A stretch of 64,000 nt of DNA from Clostridiales bacterium (GTDB taxonomy: Bacteria > Bacillota > Clostridia > Lachnospirales > WQUN01): contig JAITSQ010000028.1 in the NCBI GenBank assembly GCA_031287685.1, positions 609 to 64,608 of the forward strand. The letters are read 5' to 3'. Both the position numbers and the translations under genes were made by a program. Shown one piece after another: positions 8,623-17,807 of this stretch. Within the stretch, counting starts at the first letter, position 1. Every line of letters starts with the position of its first letter. The notes under the pieces were generated by a model that saw only the letters and a program-made list of their open reading frames with translations, did not search any database and had not been told where the DNA came from.

Positions 8623-8807
8623 AGCGAAGTTTGACGACTATTTTAATCGGGATTAGTATAATAACATTATTTACGTTTATCATAACATAGCCGCCATAAA
8701 AAAATCAAGCCGGTTCCGCGCGAATCCGCAAAATTTTGTTGTGTTTCCCGCCGAGTTCAATTATAATTAAGACAATACCGTTACATCATTTATAAGGAGG
8801 ATTTTTT

Positions 8808-10796
8808 ATGAGCCAATCGGAAAACCAGACCATTTCCGCAATCCGTTTCCTGGCGGCGGACGCCGTGCAGAAAGCCAACTCCGGCCACCCCGGCCTGCCT
8901 CTCGGCGCGGCCCCGGCCGCCTATACCCTTTGGGCCAAACACCTTCGGCACAATCCCAAAAACCCGAAATGGCAGGCCAGGGACCGTTTCGTACTCTCCG
9001 CCGGCCACGGCTCAAGCCTTCTGTATTCGCTCCTGCATATTTTCGGCTACGGGCTTAGCCTGGACGATATGAAAAGCTTCCGCCAGGCGGGGAGCCTGAC
9101 CCCCGGACACCCCGAATACCGCCACACCCCCGGCGTGGAAGTGACCACCGGGCCGCTCGGCCAGGGCATAGCGAACGCCGTCGGCTTCGCTATGGCGGAG
9201 GCGCACACGGCCGCCGTTTTCAACACGCCCGACTTTAAGTTCGTGGATAACTATACCTACGCTCTCTGCGGCGACGGCTGCCTTATGGAGGGAATAGCGC
9301 ACGAGGCGGTTTCCCTGGCGGGAACTCTCCGGCTGAATAAGCTGATTCTGCTTTACGACTCAAACGGCATAACCATAGAGGGCAGCACGGGCATAGCCTT
9401 CCGGGAGGACGTGCGCGCGAGTTTCACCGCCTGCGGCTGGAACGCCCTGCTCGTAGAGGACGGCAACGACGTCTCCTCCATAGACGCGGCTATCGCGAAA
9501 GCCAAAACCTCCGACAAGCCCACAATAATTGAGGTTAAGACTATTATCGGCTACGGCGCGCCCAACAAGCAGGGCAAGCAATCCGCGCACGGAGAGCCGC
9601 TCGGCGCGGAGGAACTGTCCGCCGCCAAGAAAAACCTCGGCTACGACCATCCGCCGTTCACTGTGACGGAGGAAGTCCGCGCTCATATGGACAGCGTAAT
9701 CAAAGGCTTAGAGGCGCTTGAGGCCGATTATAACAAGCGGTACGACGCTTACCGGGCCAAAAACCCCGAAGCCGTAAAAAAATATGAGGATTTCCTGTCG
9801 GGAAAGCTCCCCGATTTGCTGAACAATGAGGATTTCTGGACATTTGAAGGGAATCTGGCCACGCGCGTATCCTCCGAAACCGTGCTGAATAAGGTGTGCG
9901 CGCTCGTGCCGTCGCTTTTCGGCGGCTCCGCCGACCTGGCCCCCTCTACAAAGACCCTGATGAAAGGGCGGGGCGATTTCTCGGCGGAAACCCCGGAGGG
10001 TTCTAATGTCCATTTCGGCATACGGGAGCACGCGATGACCGCCATAGCCAACGGAATAGCGCTTTACGCGCCGCTTATCCCCTACGTTTCGGGCTTCTTT
10101 GTTTTCTCTGACTATATGAAGCCCGCAATGCGCATTTCCGCGCTTATGGGCCTGCGCGTAATCAATATCCTGACGCACGATTCTATCGGCGTGGGCGAGG
10201 ACGGACCCACGCACCAGCCAATTGAGCAGCTGGCGGCGCTCCGGAGCATACCTAACTTTACCGTAGTTCGCCCCTGCGACTCCAACGAAACCGCCGCCGC
10301 TTGGTATATCGCGCTTAACAACACAAACGGACCCACGGCCCTCGCCCTGACCCGCCAAAACCTGAAGCTCCTGCCGGAAAGCGGCAAGGGCGCGCTTAAA
10401 GGCGCGTATATACTTAAAGATTCCGAAAAAGCCGTGCCTGACGTTTTGCTTATGGCCTCCGGCTCCGAAGTGGGCTTAATCTATGACGCTTGGGAAATCC
10501 TGCGGAAAGACGGCGTTGACGCGCGGGTCGTAAGCATGCCCTCCTGGGAGGTTTTCGAGAAGCAGGACGCCGCGTATAAGGAAAGCGTCCTCCCCCGCGC
10601 GGCGCGCGCTCGTCTGGCGGTGGAAGCGGCCTCCCCGTTCGGGTGGGAGCGCTACGTCGGCCTTGACGGGAAAATTATAGCTATGCCCGGCTTTGGCGAG
10701 AGCGCCCCGGCGGACGCGCTGTTCCCGAAATTCGGGTTTACGGTTGAAAACGTGGTCAAGGCGGCGAAAGAAGCCGCCGAGGCCAATAAAATATAA
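8808..10796 (+). CDS. tkt: Transketolase
   Basis: Motifs SGHPGLPLGAAP, GDGCLMEGI and THDSIGVGEDGPTHQPIE. Confidence 0.95.
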   Translation: MSQSENQTISAIRFLAADAVQKANSGHPGLPLGAAPAAYTLWAKHLRHNPKNPKWQARDRFVLSAGHGSSLLYSLLHIFGYGLSLDDMKSFRQAGSLTPGHPEYRHTPGVEVTTGPLGQGIANAVGFAMAEAHTAAVFNTPDFKFVDNYTYALCGDGCLMEGIAHEAVSLAGTLRLNKLILLYDSNGITIEGSTGIAFREDVRASFTACGWNALLVEDGNDVSSIDAAIAKAKTSDKPTIIEVKTIIGYGAPNKQGKQSAHGEPLGAEELSAAKKNLGYDHPPFTVTEEVRAHMDSVIKGLEALEADYNKRYDAYRAKNPEAVKKYEDFLSGKLPDLLNNEDFWTFEGNLATRVSSETVLNKVCALVPSLFGGSADLAPSTKTLMKGRGDFSAETPEGSNVHFGIREHAMTAIANGIALYAPLIPYVSGFFVFSDYMKPAMRISALMGLRVINILTHDSIGVGEDGPTHQPIEQLAALRSIPNFTVVRPCDSNETAAAWYIALNNTNGPTALALTRQNLKLLPESGKGALKGAYILKDSEKAVPDVLLMASGSEVGLIYDAWEILRKDGVDARVVSMPSWEVFEKQDAAYKESVLPRAARARLAVEAASPFGWERYVGLDGKIIAMPGFGESAPADALFPKFGFTVENVVKAAKEAAEANKI

Positions 10797-10895
10797 GGAA
10801 AGCGGCAAAAACGGCGGGCGGCTCAGCGGCGGCAAGCTGACGCGGAAGCGAATCGCGGCTGACGTCGATTAGCCCGAAAATAAGGAGCGGTTCAA

Positions 10896-12614
10896 ATGCC
10901 TCTTGACGGCACGGTGGTGGCGGCGGTCACGCGAGAGTTTCAGACTCTCGCCGCCGCCCGCATAGATAAAATATATCAGCCCGAAACGGACGAACTCATT
11001 ATCTCCGCGCGTGGGAACGGCGTTTCGCGCAAAATCCTGCTCTCGGCCGCTCCCTCCTGCCCCAGGGCGCATTTTACGCAGCTTAGCAAGCCCAACCCGG
11101 AGACCGCCCCGCAGTTCTGTATGGTGCTCCGCAAATTTTTGAGCGGCGGGCGGGTTTTATCCGTATCTCAGCCGGACTTTGAGCGCGTTATAGAGATACA
11201 AATAGAACAACTCGACGAAATGGGCGACCGCGTGACAAGAAGCCTCCTCATCGAAATTATGGGCAAGCACAGCAATATCATTCTCTGCGAGGGCGGCCGG
11301 ATTATCGACTCCATAAAACGCGTCCCGCACGAAAAAAGCAGCGTGCGGGAGGTCCTGCCGGGGCGGCCTTACCAGCCGCCGCCGTCTCAGGGCAAAACGA
11401 ACCCGCTCCTGCTTTCCTACGAAAACTTTATTGAAAATTTTTCCAAATATCCCGACGCGGAGACGGCCGTTTTTCAAGGCTACACCGGCATAAGCCCGGC
11501 GCTGGCCTCCGAAATTGTAAGCGCCGCGCAATCCGGAGAGCCGCGCGCGGTTTTCGAGTCCTTCTCTCTTGTTATGGAACGCGTTAAAAACGGAGACTTC
11601 AGCCCCGCCATTTATTCTGAAAACGGCAGAAACGTTGATTTTTCGGCAATCCCGCTGACCGCGTATAAACGCCCGGCCTCCCCGCGCCCCTCCGTCAGCG
11701 ATATGCTTGAGGCGTATTACGAAACGCGCGACCGCCAAGCGCGGGCCGCCGCCAAAGGCGCCGACCTCAAAAAACTGCTTAATAACCTGCTTTCTCGCGC
11801 CGCCGGCAAGCAGGAGGCGCACCGGCGCACCCTGCGCGAAATCTCCGGGCGTGAGCGCCTGAAGCTCCGCGGAGAGCTGATTACCGCGAATATTTACGCG
11901 CTGAAGGCAGGGATGACAGCGGCGGCGCTCGTGAATTTTTACAGCGAATCCGGAGAAACTGAGGAAATCCCGCTTGACCCGCAAAAAACGCCCGCCGAGA
12001 ACGCTCAGGCCTATTTTAAGCGGTACGCCAAGGAAAAACGCGCCTACGAAGCGGTGACGGCGCAAATCGACCAGACGGACGCGGAAATCTCCTACTTGGA
12101 ACAGGTGCGGCAAAACCTCCTTTTTTGCGAAGAGGAGGCCGCCCTTGACGAAATCCGGCAGGAGCTTCACGAAGAGGGATACATTAAAAAAGCGGCGAAG
12201 AAGCGGGGCGCAAAGCCCAGAAAGACCGCTCCTCTGCGCTTCCTGTCCTCCGACGGGCTTGAGATTTTTGTCGGGCGCAACAACCGCCAAAATGAGGAAC
12301 TGACTCTGAAAACGGCCGGAAATTCCGATATTTGGCTGCATACCAAGGTTATCCCCGGCTCCCACGTGATAATCCGCGCGGGAGGCGCCTCCGCGCCCGA
12401 CAGCACAATAGAAGAAGCGGCGCGGCTGGCCGCCTATTTCAGCAAAGGGCGCGGCGCGGGCCTTATCGCCGTGGACTACACCACGCGAAAAAACGTTAAA
12501 AAGCCGCCCGGCGCGAAGACCGGCATGGTAACCTACGACAATTACAAAACGGCTTACGTGGAGGCGGACGAAGCGATAATACAGCCGTTTCTGCTTAAAA
12601 ACATCGAAAATTAG
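10896..12614 (+). CDS. rqcH: Ribosome quality-control factor RqcH (NFACT / FbpA family)
   Basis: NFACT-N start (MPLDG...IDKIYQP) and C-terminal NFACT-R motif (DIWLHTKVIPGSHVIIR). Confidence 0.85.
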   Translation: MPLDGTVVAAVTREFQTLAAARIDKIYQPETDELIISARGNGVSRKILLSAAPSCPRAHFTQLSKPNPETAPQFCMVLRKFLSGGRVLSVSQPDFERVIEIQIEQLDEMGDRVTRSLLIEIMGKHSNIILCEGGRIIDSIKRVPHEKSSVREVLPGRPYQPPPSQGKTNPLLLSYENFIENFSKYPDAETAVFQGYTGISPALASEIVSAAQSGEPRAVFESFSLVMERVKNGDFSPAIYSENGRNVDFSAIPLTAYKRPASPRPSVSDMLEAYYETRDRQARAAAKGADLKKLLNNLLSRAAGKQEAHRRTLREISGRERLKLRGELITANIYALKAGMTAAALVNFYSESGETEEIPLDPQKTPAENAQAYFKRYAKEKRAYEAVTAQIDQTDAEISYLEQVRQNLLFCEEEAALDEIRQELHEEGYIKKAAKKRGAKPRKTAPLRFLSSDGLEIFVGRNNRQNEELTLKTAGNSDIWLHTKVIPGSHVIIRAGGASAPDSTIEEAARLAAYFSKGRGAGLIAVDYTTRKNVKKPPGAKTGMVTYDNYKTAYVEADEAIIQPFLLKNIEN

Positions 12615-12663
12615 CCGAAAATCGGCGTTCGCGCCCCAGCGCGCGTACCATAAACCCGGTTGG

Positions 12664-13200
12664 TCATTGCGCGCCGGCGGCCCCCTCGCTTTCCCACGCT
12701 TGAGAAAACTCCCGCTCGGCAAACAGCGAAGCCAGCCCGCTGATTTGCTTCAGGCGCAGAAGCTCGTCCGTATCCATACCGATATTCTTCATAATCCATT
12801 CGTCGCTTGCGCCAGACTCGACTAACCTCGCGACAATATCCACCATAAGATTAATTGAGTGGACGCCCCTGGCTCGGTTATGCCTGATTGTGCTCGCGAC
12901 GCGGTTGGCGAAGGGTTTGTTGATTACGGATACCGGCAGGCAATTTTTTTCGCGCTCAGCGATTTCCGGGCAGCTTTTCATCGCCATATACCGGTGAAAC
13001 CCGTCCACAATCTCGTAGCGGTCGATATCCGCGAGATAATAGCAAACGATAGGCATAGTGTAGCCGTCCTCCAGAATGGACTTAATCAGGAGCCTCATTT
13101 CAGGCGGCGGCACGCGGTTTGGGTTGTAAGCGTTGGCGTCTATTTTCTCAATGGAAACCGGGCGCACAGAGTAGACCGGGCTTACAAAATGCTCTCCCAT
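12664..13200 (-). CDS. ParB/sulfiredoxin-domain protein (IbrB / DndB-like)
   Basis: Motifs YNPNRV...ILEDGYTMPIV and IVDGFHRY. ATG 13200 is preceded by GGGAGGGAGG. The track ORF start at 13296 would overlap the upstream gene by 115 nt. Confidence 0.7.
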   Translation of the reverse strand: MGEHFVSPVYSVRPVSIEKIDANAYNPNRVPPPEMRLLIKSILEDGYTMPIVCYYLADIDRYEIVDGFHRYMAMKSCPEIAEREKNCLPVSVINKPFANRVASTIRHNRARGVHSINLMVDIVARLVESGASDEWIMKNIGMDTDELLRLKQISGLASLFAEREFSQAWESEGAAGAQ

Positions 13201-14495
13201 ATCGCTATCGCCTCCCTCCCCTTCTGCAGCTCGTCTTTCGTCTGGGAAAAGCCCATATATTTGCAGGAAGTATCGTTCTTCATAATAGTGACGCACATTC
13301 GCTTATAGCTCGGCAGGAGCCTGAAATCCTTCAGCTTGACGTCGTCCGGATATTCGGCGAAGCGGACGACTTCATACTCGCTCTTGTATTTCCGGTTGCC
13401 GGAGGGCTTTCCGAGGCTCTCAAACGCGATTCCGGCCCGCCGAAGCTCCGCCACGGTTCTTATGGGCAAGGCTCCGCCCTTTTCCAGCCAGTACCAGCAA
13501 GAGGATTCAAATTTACGCTCGTAAATATCCCGCGTTTTCCGCGGCAGGGTTTCTAAGAGGAATTTTACATAGGTTTTCCACGTATGCCCTTTGGGGAGGG
13601 AAATATCCCTGTAGCCGACGGCTTTCGTGCCGCCGTATATCGCTCCGAAATTCGCGCCGTTCACCCGCCCGACCAAGCGGCTCCAAGTGTTCGGCTCAAT
13701 CGCCCGGTAGAGTTTAAGCGCCTCCACGCCGCATTCGTGAAACGGGTTCGCCACCCGCATTTCCCCTATCGGGACCCCGGCCAGATAATACAGGTCATAA
13801 AGTTTGTTATAGTCAAAGCCAAACCGGGCGTTAGCCGTCCAGACGTCCTCCACCATCCAGTCGTACAAGGGGTAAAAGTTAAAAATATTCATGGATATGC
13901 GCGTGCTGTAAGCAATCCTGCCGAACATCCGGAAGGTATTGCTTCGCGTTACGGCGTGATAGCGGTTCAGACTCTCTTGAGAGCGTATCCCCACCAAAAC
14001 GGCGGTTCTTTTCGCGTTATTTTTCTTGTGCAGCCATTTCCCGAATTTAGTCTGAAAAACATAATCCGACATACCGACCTCGAAAAAATCAAAGTCGTGA
14101 TTATCAATCGTAATAGAGCCTTCCGGCCTTTCGCGGAGCCATATGTCCTTTTCCTCCGGATTCCACGGCAGCCAGGTCGATTGATGCATAGACACGCCGC
14201 ACGAAGCCGAAACCGGCATACATAGGTGGTAGTAGTCAAAGTAGGGATATTTCCGCATACAGCGGGCTACATAGTCTATAGTATGCTGATAGTTGCCCTC
14301 ATAATCAATATGATAAACGGAAACCTTAGAGGACGGGCGGCGGCGCGCGTAATAAAGGTTCACAAGCTCCAGCAGCAGCCCGGAGTCCTTCCCGCCGGAA
14401 AAAGACACGATTACGTGGTCAAATTTTGAGAAAATATATGTAAGCCTCTCCATAAAAGCGTCCAGCACATTTTTATCAATATATTTTTTCCCCAT
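13182..14495 (-). CDS. PP-loop ATP-pyrophosphatase, PAPS-reductase family (IbrA / DndC-like)
   Basis: PP-loop VIVSFSGGKDSGLLL plus a long C-terminal extension; overlaps the ParB-like gene by 19 nt. Confidence 0.8.
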   Translation of the reverse strand: MGKKYIDKNVLDAFMERLTYIFSKFDHVIVSFSGGKDSGLLLELVNLYYARRRPSSKVSVYHIDYEGNYQHTIDYVARCMRKYPYFDYYHLCMPVSASCGVSMHQSTWLPWNPEEKDIWLRERPEGSITIDNHDFDFFEVGMSDYVFQTKFGKWLHKKNNAKRTAVLVGIRSQESLNRYHAVTRSNTFRMFGRIAYSTRISMNIFNFYPLYDWMVEDVWTANARFGFDYNKLYDLYYLAGVPIGEMRVANPFHECGVEALKLYRAIEPNTWSRLVGRVNGANFGAIYGGTKAVGYRDISLPKGHTWKTYVKFLLETLPRKTRDIYERKFESSCWYWLEKGGALPIRTVAELRRAGIAFESLGKPSGNRKYKSEYEVVRFAEYPDDVKLKDFRLLPSYKRMCVTIMKNDTSCKYMGFSQTKDELQKGREAIAIWESIL

Positions 14496-14525
14496 ACACC
14501 GGCTCCCACTCGCGAAAAATTCACT

Positions 14526-14593
14526 TAGAACCTGTTCTCATTAGGTAGAAAGGCGGGAATCCGGCGTTTATATCCTATGAGAACAGGTTCTTA
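14526..14593. repeat. Family A repeat, copy A3 (short form)
   Basis: Arms TTAGAACCTGTTCTCATTAGG and CCTATGAGAACAGGTTCTTAA. Confidence 0.8.
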
Positions 14594-14643
14594 ATATTAT
14601 AGCGGATTTTTCATCAAAAATCTACAATTTTCGTGAAAATTCG

Positions 14644-14679
14644 CTAAAAAATCCGGCGCGGTTTAGAACGCGCCGGATT
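14644..14679 (-). terminator. Intrinsic terminator of the sugar ABC operon
   Basis: Stem AATCCGGCGCG / CGCGCCGGATT with an 8-nt loop, followed by T6 on the minus strand. Confidence 0.7.
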
Positions 14680-14712
14680 AAGTAAATTTAGCGTTCTCCT
14701 CGCGCCGGGGGG

Positions 14713-14934
14713 TTACAGGCCCAGGGCGGACTCAATCTTTTTGATAAACTTATCGTCGTCTGTCACGACAAGCACGGGTTCGTGAAAATCAAGCGCGAGC
14801 AACCCGAGCACGGACTTCGCGTCGGCTATGGCGCCCTTGTGGTCGTGCACGCCGATTTCATATTCCGATTCCCACGCCAAGTGCATAAATTTCGACAGTT
14901 CGCTCGACGTTTTAATTACTATGGACTGTTGCAT
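14713..14934 (-). CDS. Short HPr-like protein lacking the His-15 motif
   Basis: GAIADAKSVLGLLAL resembles the HPr Ser46 region (KSIMGVMSLG). No GxHARPA motif was found. Confidence 0.4.
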   Translation of the reverse strand: MQQSIVIKTSSELSKFMHLAWESEYEIGVHDHKGAIADAKSVLGLLALDFHEPVLVVTDDDKFIKKIESALGL

Positions 14935-14954
14935 TTTAACCTCCTAAAATCTTT

Positions 14955-16151
14955 TTAGCGTCCCTTTCCGCGGGTCCGCACGTCGAACGCCACAGCGATT
15001 ATGAATATAATGCCCTTAACGAGATACTGCACGGAAATATCAACGCCCATAAGGCCCATCCCGTTTGTCAGGGACATAATTATAAGCACGCCGATAATTG
15101 TGTTAGTCACTTTGCCGATACCGCCGGATACCGCCGTTCCGCCGATATACGCGGAGGCTATGGCGTCCATCTCAAAGCCTAGCCCGGCCGTGGGAGTGGC
15201 CGACCCGATGCGGGAGGTATACAAGATGCCGCCGAGCGCCGCCAATACGCTCATAGAACAGAAGGCGAAAAGCGTCACCTTTTTAACGTCAACGCCGGAA
15301 AGCTCCGCCGCCTGGTCATTTCCGCCAATACCGTAAATATAGCGCCCAAGCCGAGTCTTGTTCAGCATATAATTATACGCGAAAAGCACCACGCCGACAA
15401 TCACCGCCGTCCAGGGCAGACCACGGGAACCCTTGGAAAACGCCAGGGTGCGGATTATAACCATTATAATCGCCGACATAAACACAAGGGTGAATATAAA
15501 TACGGGCATCGACACAACCTCAAAGTTGTATTTAAGCCTGTTCACGCGCTCCCGGATTTTTGACCATATAAGCAGCGCCACCGCCGCCACGCCCAATAGC
15601 AGCGTCAGGATATGCGTGGTGTCCGTCCCGGCGGCGTGCTGAACAAAGTCGGGTATGAAGCTGCTTGAAAGCGCCTTGAACTTTTCATCCGGAATAATTA
15701 TCGCGCCGGTTTTTTGCAGGGACATACTCAGCAAACCCCTGAAAATGAACATCCCCGCGAGCGTCGTAACAAAAGCCGGCACGCCCAGCCGCGTCACCAG
15801 GACGCCTTGGTAAAGCCCGATGAGAAGCCCCATAATAAGGACAAGGATTATCGCCACCCAGACGTTAAGGTGCCTCTGCGTCATCAAAATCGCGGCGACG
15901 GCGCCAGAAAAGCCCGCCAGATAGCCTATCGAAAGGTCGATATGGCGCAGAATAAGAATCAGGGTCATACCAATAGCCAGAACCGCCACATAGCCCGCCT
16001 GATTAATCAAGCTGGCTATATTGTTAGCCTTCACAAAGTTGCCGCCCGTCTTAACGGAAAAAAATACCATTATTATAACAAGGGCGATATACATCATATA
16101 ATCTCTGATATTTGTTTTAATTAAGCCCGCTACTTCTTTTCCGATTTTCAT
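14955..16151 (-). CDS. Monosaccharide ABC transporter permease (CUT2; XylH/GguB-like)
   Basis: About 10 TM segments of the branched-chain/ribose permease type; operon context. Confidence 0.85.
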   Translation of the reverse strand: MKIGKEVAGLIKTNIRDYMMYIALVIIMVFFSVKTGGNFVKANNIASLINQAGYVAVLAIGMTLILILRHIDLSIGYLAGFSGAVAAILMTQRHLNVWVAIILVLIMGLLIGLYQGVLVTRLGVPAFVTTLAGMFIFRGLLSMSLQKTGAIIIPDEKFKALSSSFIPDFVQHAAGTDTTHILTLLLGVAAVALLIWSKIRERVNRLKYNFEVVSMPVFIFTLVFMSAIIMVIIRTLAFSKGSRGLPWTAVIVGVVLFAYNYMLNKTRLGRYIYGIGGNDQAAELSGVDVKKVTLFAFCSMSVLAALGGILYTSRIGSATPTAGLGFEMDAIASAYIGGTAVSGGIGKVTNTIIGVLIIMSLTNGMGLMGVDISVQYLVKGIIFIIAVAFDVRTRGKGR

Positions 16152-16190
16152 CTATACGCCTCCCAGTTTATTAAAATTCAGAGCGCGGTC

Positions 16191-17720
16191 TTATGAGTTA
16201 ACCGCCAGCGCCATAACTTTTTCTTCATTCGCTTCCTCCGCCGAAAGCTCTCCCGTTATTTTCCCCGCGCTCATTACATAGAGGCGGTCGCTCATTCCCA
16301 GAATTTCGGGAAGCTCCGAGGAAATCATAATAATGCTCATACCTTCCTCAACGAGCTTATTCATAAGCGAATAAATTTCAAATTTCGCGCCGACGTCTAT
16401 GCCGCGCGTGGGTTCGTCCAAAATCAGTATGTTCGGTTTCGCGAAAAGCCACTTGGCTATCTGAACTTTCTGCTGGTTGCCGCCGGAAAGCTGGCCCACT
16501 TTCTGCAAAATCGACGAAGATTTTATATTTATGGATTTTTTGAATTCACTGACTACTTTTATTTCTTCGTTTTCGTTTATCGCAAGCCCTTCCTGGAGCG
16601 CCTCAAGGTTGGCCAGCGTCACGTTGTATCTTATGTCCTGCATAAGCACAAGGCCGTTGCCCTTGCGGTCCTCCGAAACATAGGCTATACCGGCTTCTAT
16701 GGCGGATTTTGGATTCGGAAAGCTCTTTTTTTCGCCGTTTACAAAGACTTCGCCGGAACGGATTTTATAACCGGTGGGGTTGCCGAAAACGGAGAGCGCG
16801 CACTCCGTCCGCCCCGCGCCCATAAGCCCCTGAAGGCCGACGATTTCCCCTTTGCGCACGTTAAAAGACACGTCGTCAAGGATGCGGCGGCCGGTGGCGG
16901 GGTTATCCACAGTCCAATTTTTAACTTCAAAAAACACCTCGCCGATGTCGATTTTTTCGCGCTTCGGGTAGATATTCTCAATTTCGCGCCCCACCATATG
17001 CTTGATTATCTCGGCTTCGGTGACGGGTTTTTCGTGCGCGTCGAGAGAGCACACCGTCGTGCCGTCCCGGAGAATCGTAAGCGTATCCGCTATCGCGGTA
17101 AGCTCCTTCAGCTTATGGGAAATCATAATACAGGTGACGCCCTGTTCCTTAAGCTCACGTATGAGGCCAAGCAGGTTCGCGCTGTCGTCCTCGTTAAGAG
17201 CAGCGGTCGGCTCGTCAAGTATAAGCAGCTTTACGTTTTTACTGAGCGCTTTGGCAATCTCCACGAGCTGCTGATTGCCGACGCCAAGCGCTTTTACCTT
17301 TGTGGACGGGTCGATATTGAGGCGCACCTTCTTGAGCGCTTCCCCGGCGCGGACTATTGTTTCGTTCCAGTCTATGCCCATCGAACCCATAATTTCGTGG
17401 GCAAAGAAAATATTTTCATAAATGGACAGCTCCGGGATAAGCGCCAGCTCCTGATAAATTATGGCTATTCCCTTCGCCTCGCTGTCCGAGATTGACTTAA
17501 ACTGCTGAATTTCCCCGTTATAGACTATATCACCCTCATACGTGCCGTATTTCCACACGCCTGACAAAACCTTCATAAGAGTGGATTTGCCTGCGCCGTT
17601 TTCTCCTATGAGACAGTGGATCTCGCCGCGCTTGACCTTGAAGTTGATGTTGTCAAGCGCCAAGACCCCGGGGAACCGCTTGGTTATACCTTTCATTTCA
17701 AGAATATAATCTTCCGCCAT
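16191..17720 (-). CDS. Sugar ABC transporter ATP-binding protein (two NBDs)
   Basis: Walker A GENGAGKST, LSGGNQQK signature and a duplicated NBD. Start taken at MAEDYILEMKGI (17720). Confidence 0.9.
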   Translation of the reverse strand: MAEDYILEMKGITKRFPGVLALDNINFKVKRGEIHCLIGENGAGKSTLMKVLSGVWKYGTYEGDIVYNGEIQQFKSISDSEAKGIAIIYQELALIPELSIYENIFFAHEIMGSMGIDWNETIVRAGEALKKVRLNIDPSTKVKALGVGNQQLVEIAKALSKNVKLLILDEPTAALNEDDSANLLGLIRELKEQGVTCIMISHKLKELTAIADTLTILRDGTTVCSLDAHEKPVTEAEIIKHMVGREIENIYPKREKIDIGEVFFEVKNWTVDNPATGRRILDDVSFNVRKGEIVGLQGLMGAGRTECALSVFGNPTGYKIRSGEVFVNGEKKSFPNPKSAIEAGIAYVSEDRKGNGLVLMQDIRYNVTLANLEALQEGLAINENEEIKVVSEFKKSINIKSSSILQKVGQLSGGNQQKVQIAKWLFAKPNILILDEPTRGIDVGAKFEIYSLMNKLVEEGMSIIMISSELPEILGMSDRLYVMSAGKITGELSAEEANEEKVMALAVNS

Positions 17721-17807
17721 TAAGTCACGCACCTTTACAGTAAAAATAAAAAAGTATGTAAAGCCGCCGCCCTGTGAAAACAAGGCGGCAGTTTTACGAA
17801 AGATATC

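Larger units (their letters stand above)
8339..8659. repeat. Family C repeat, copy C1, interrupted by B1
   Basis: Termini ATACTAATCCCTGATT (8339-) and AATCGGGATTAGTAT (8645-8659); homologous to 22259-22363. Confidence 0.8.

Noticed and set aside
13201-13296. N-terminal extension of the ParB-like ORF (track start 13296).
   Set aside because: It would overlap the IbrA-like gene by 115 nt. The internal ATG 13200 has a strong SD, and the conserved domain begins just after it.
17721-17783. 5' extension of the ABC ATPase ORF (MFSQGGGFTYFF...).
   Set aside because: The conserved N-terminus begins at MAEDYILEMKGI (17720). The extension is unrelated hydrophobic sequence.
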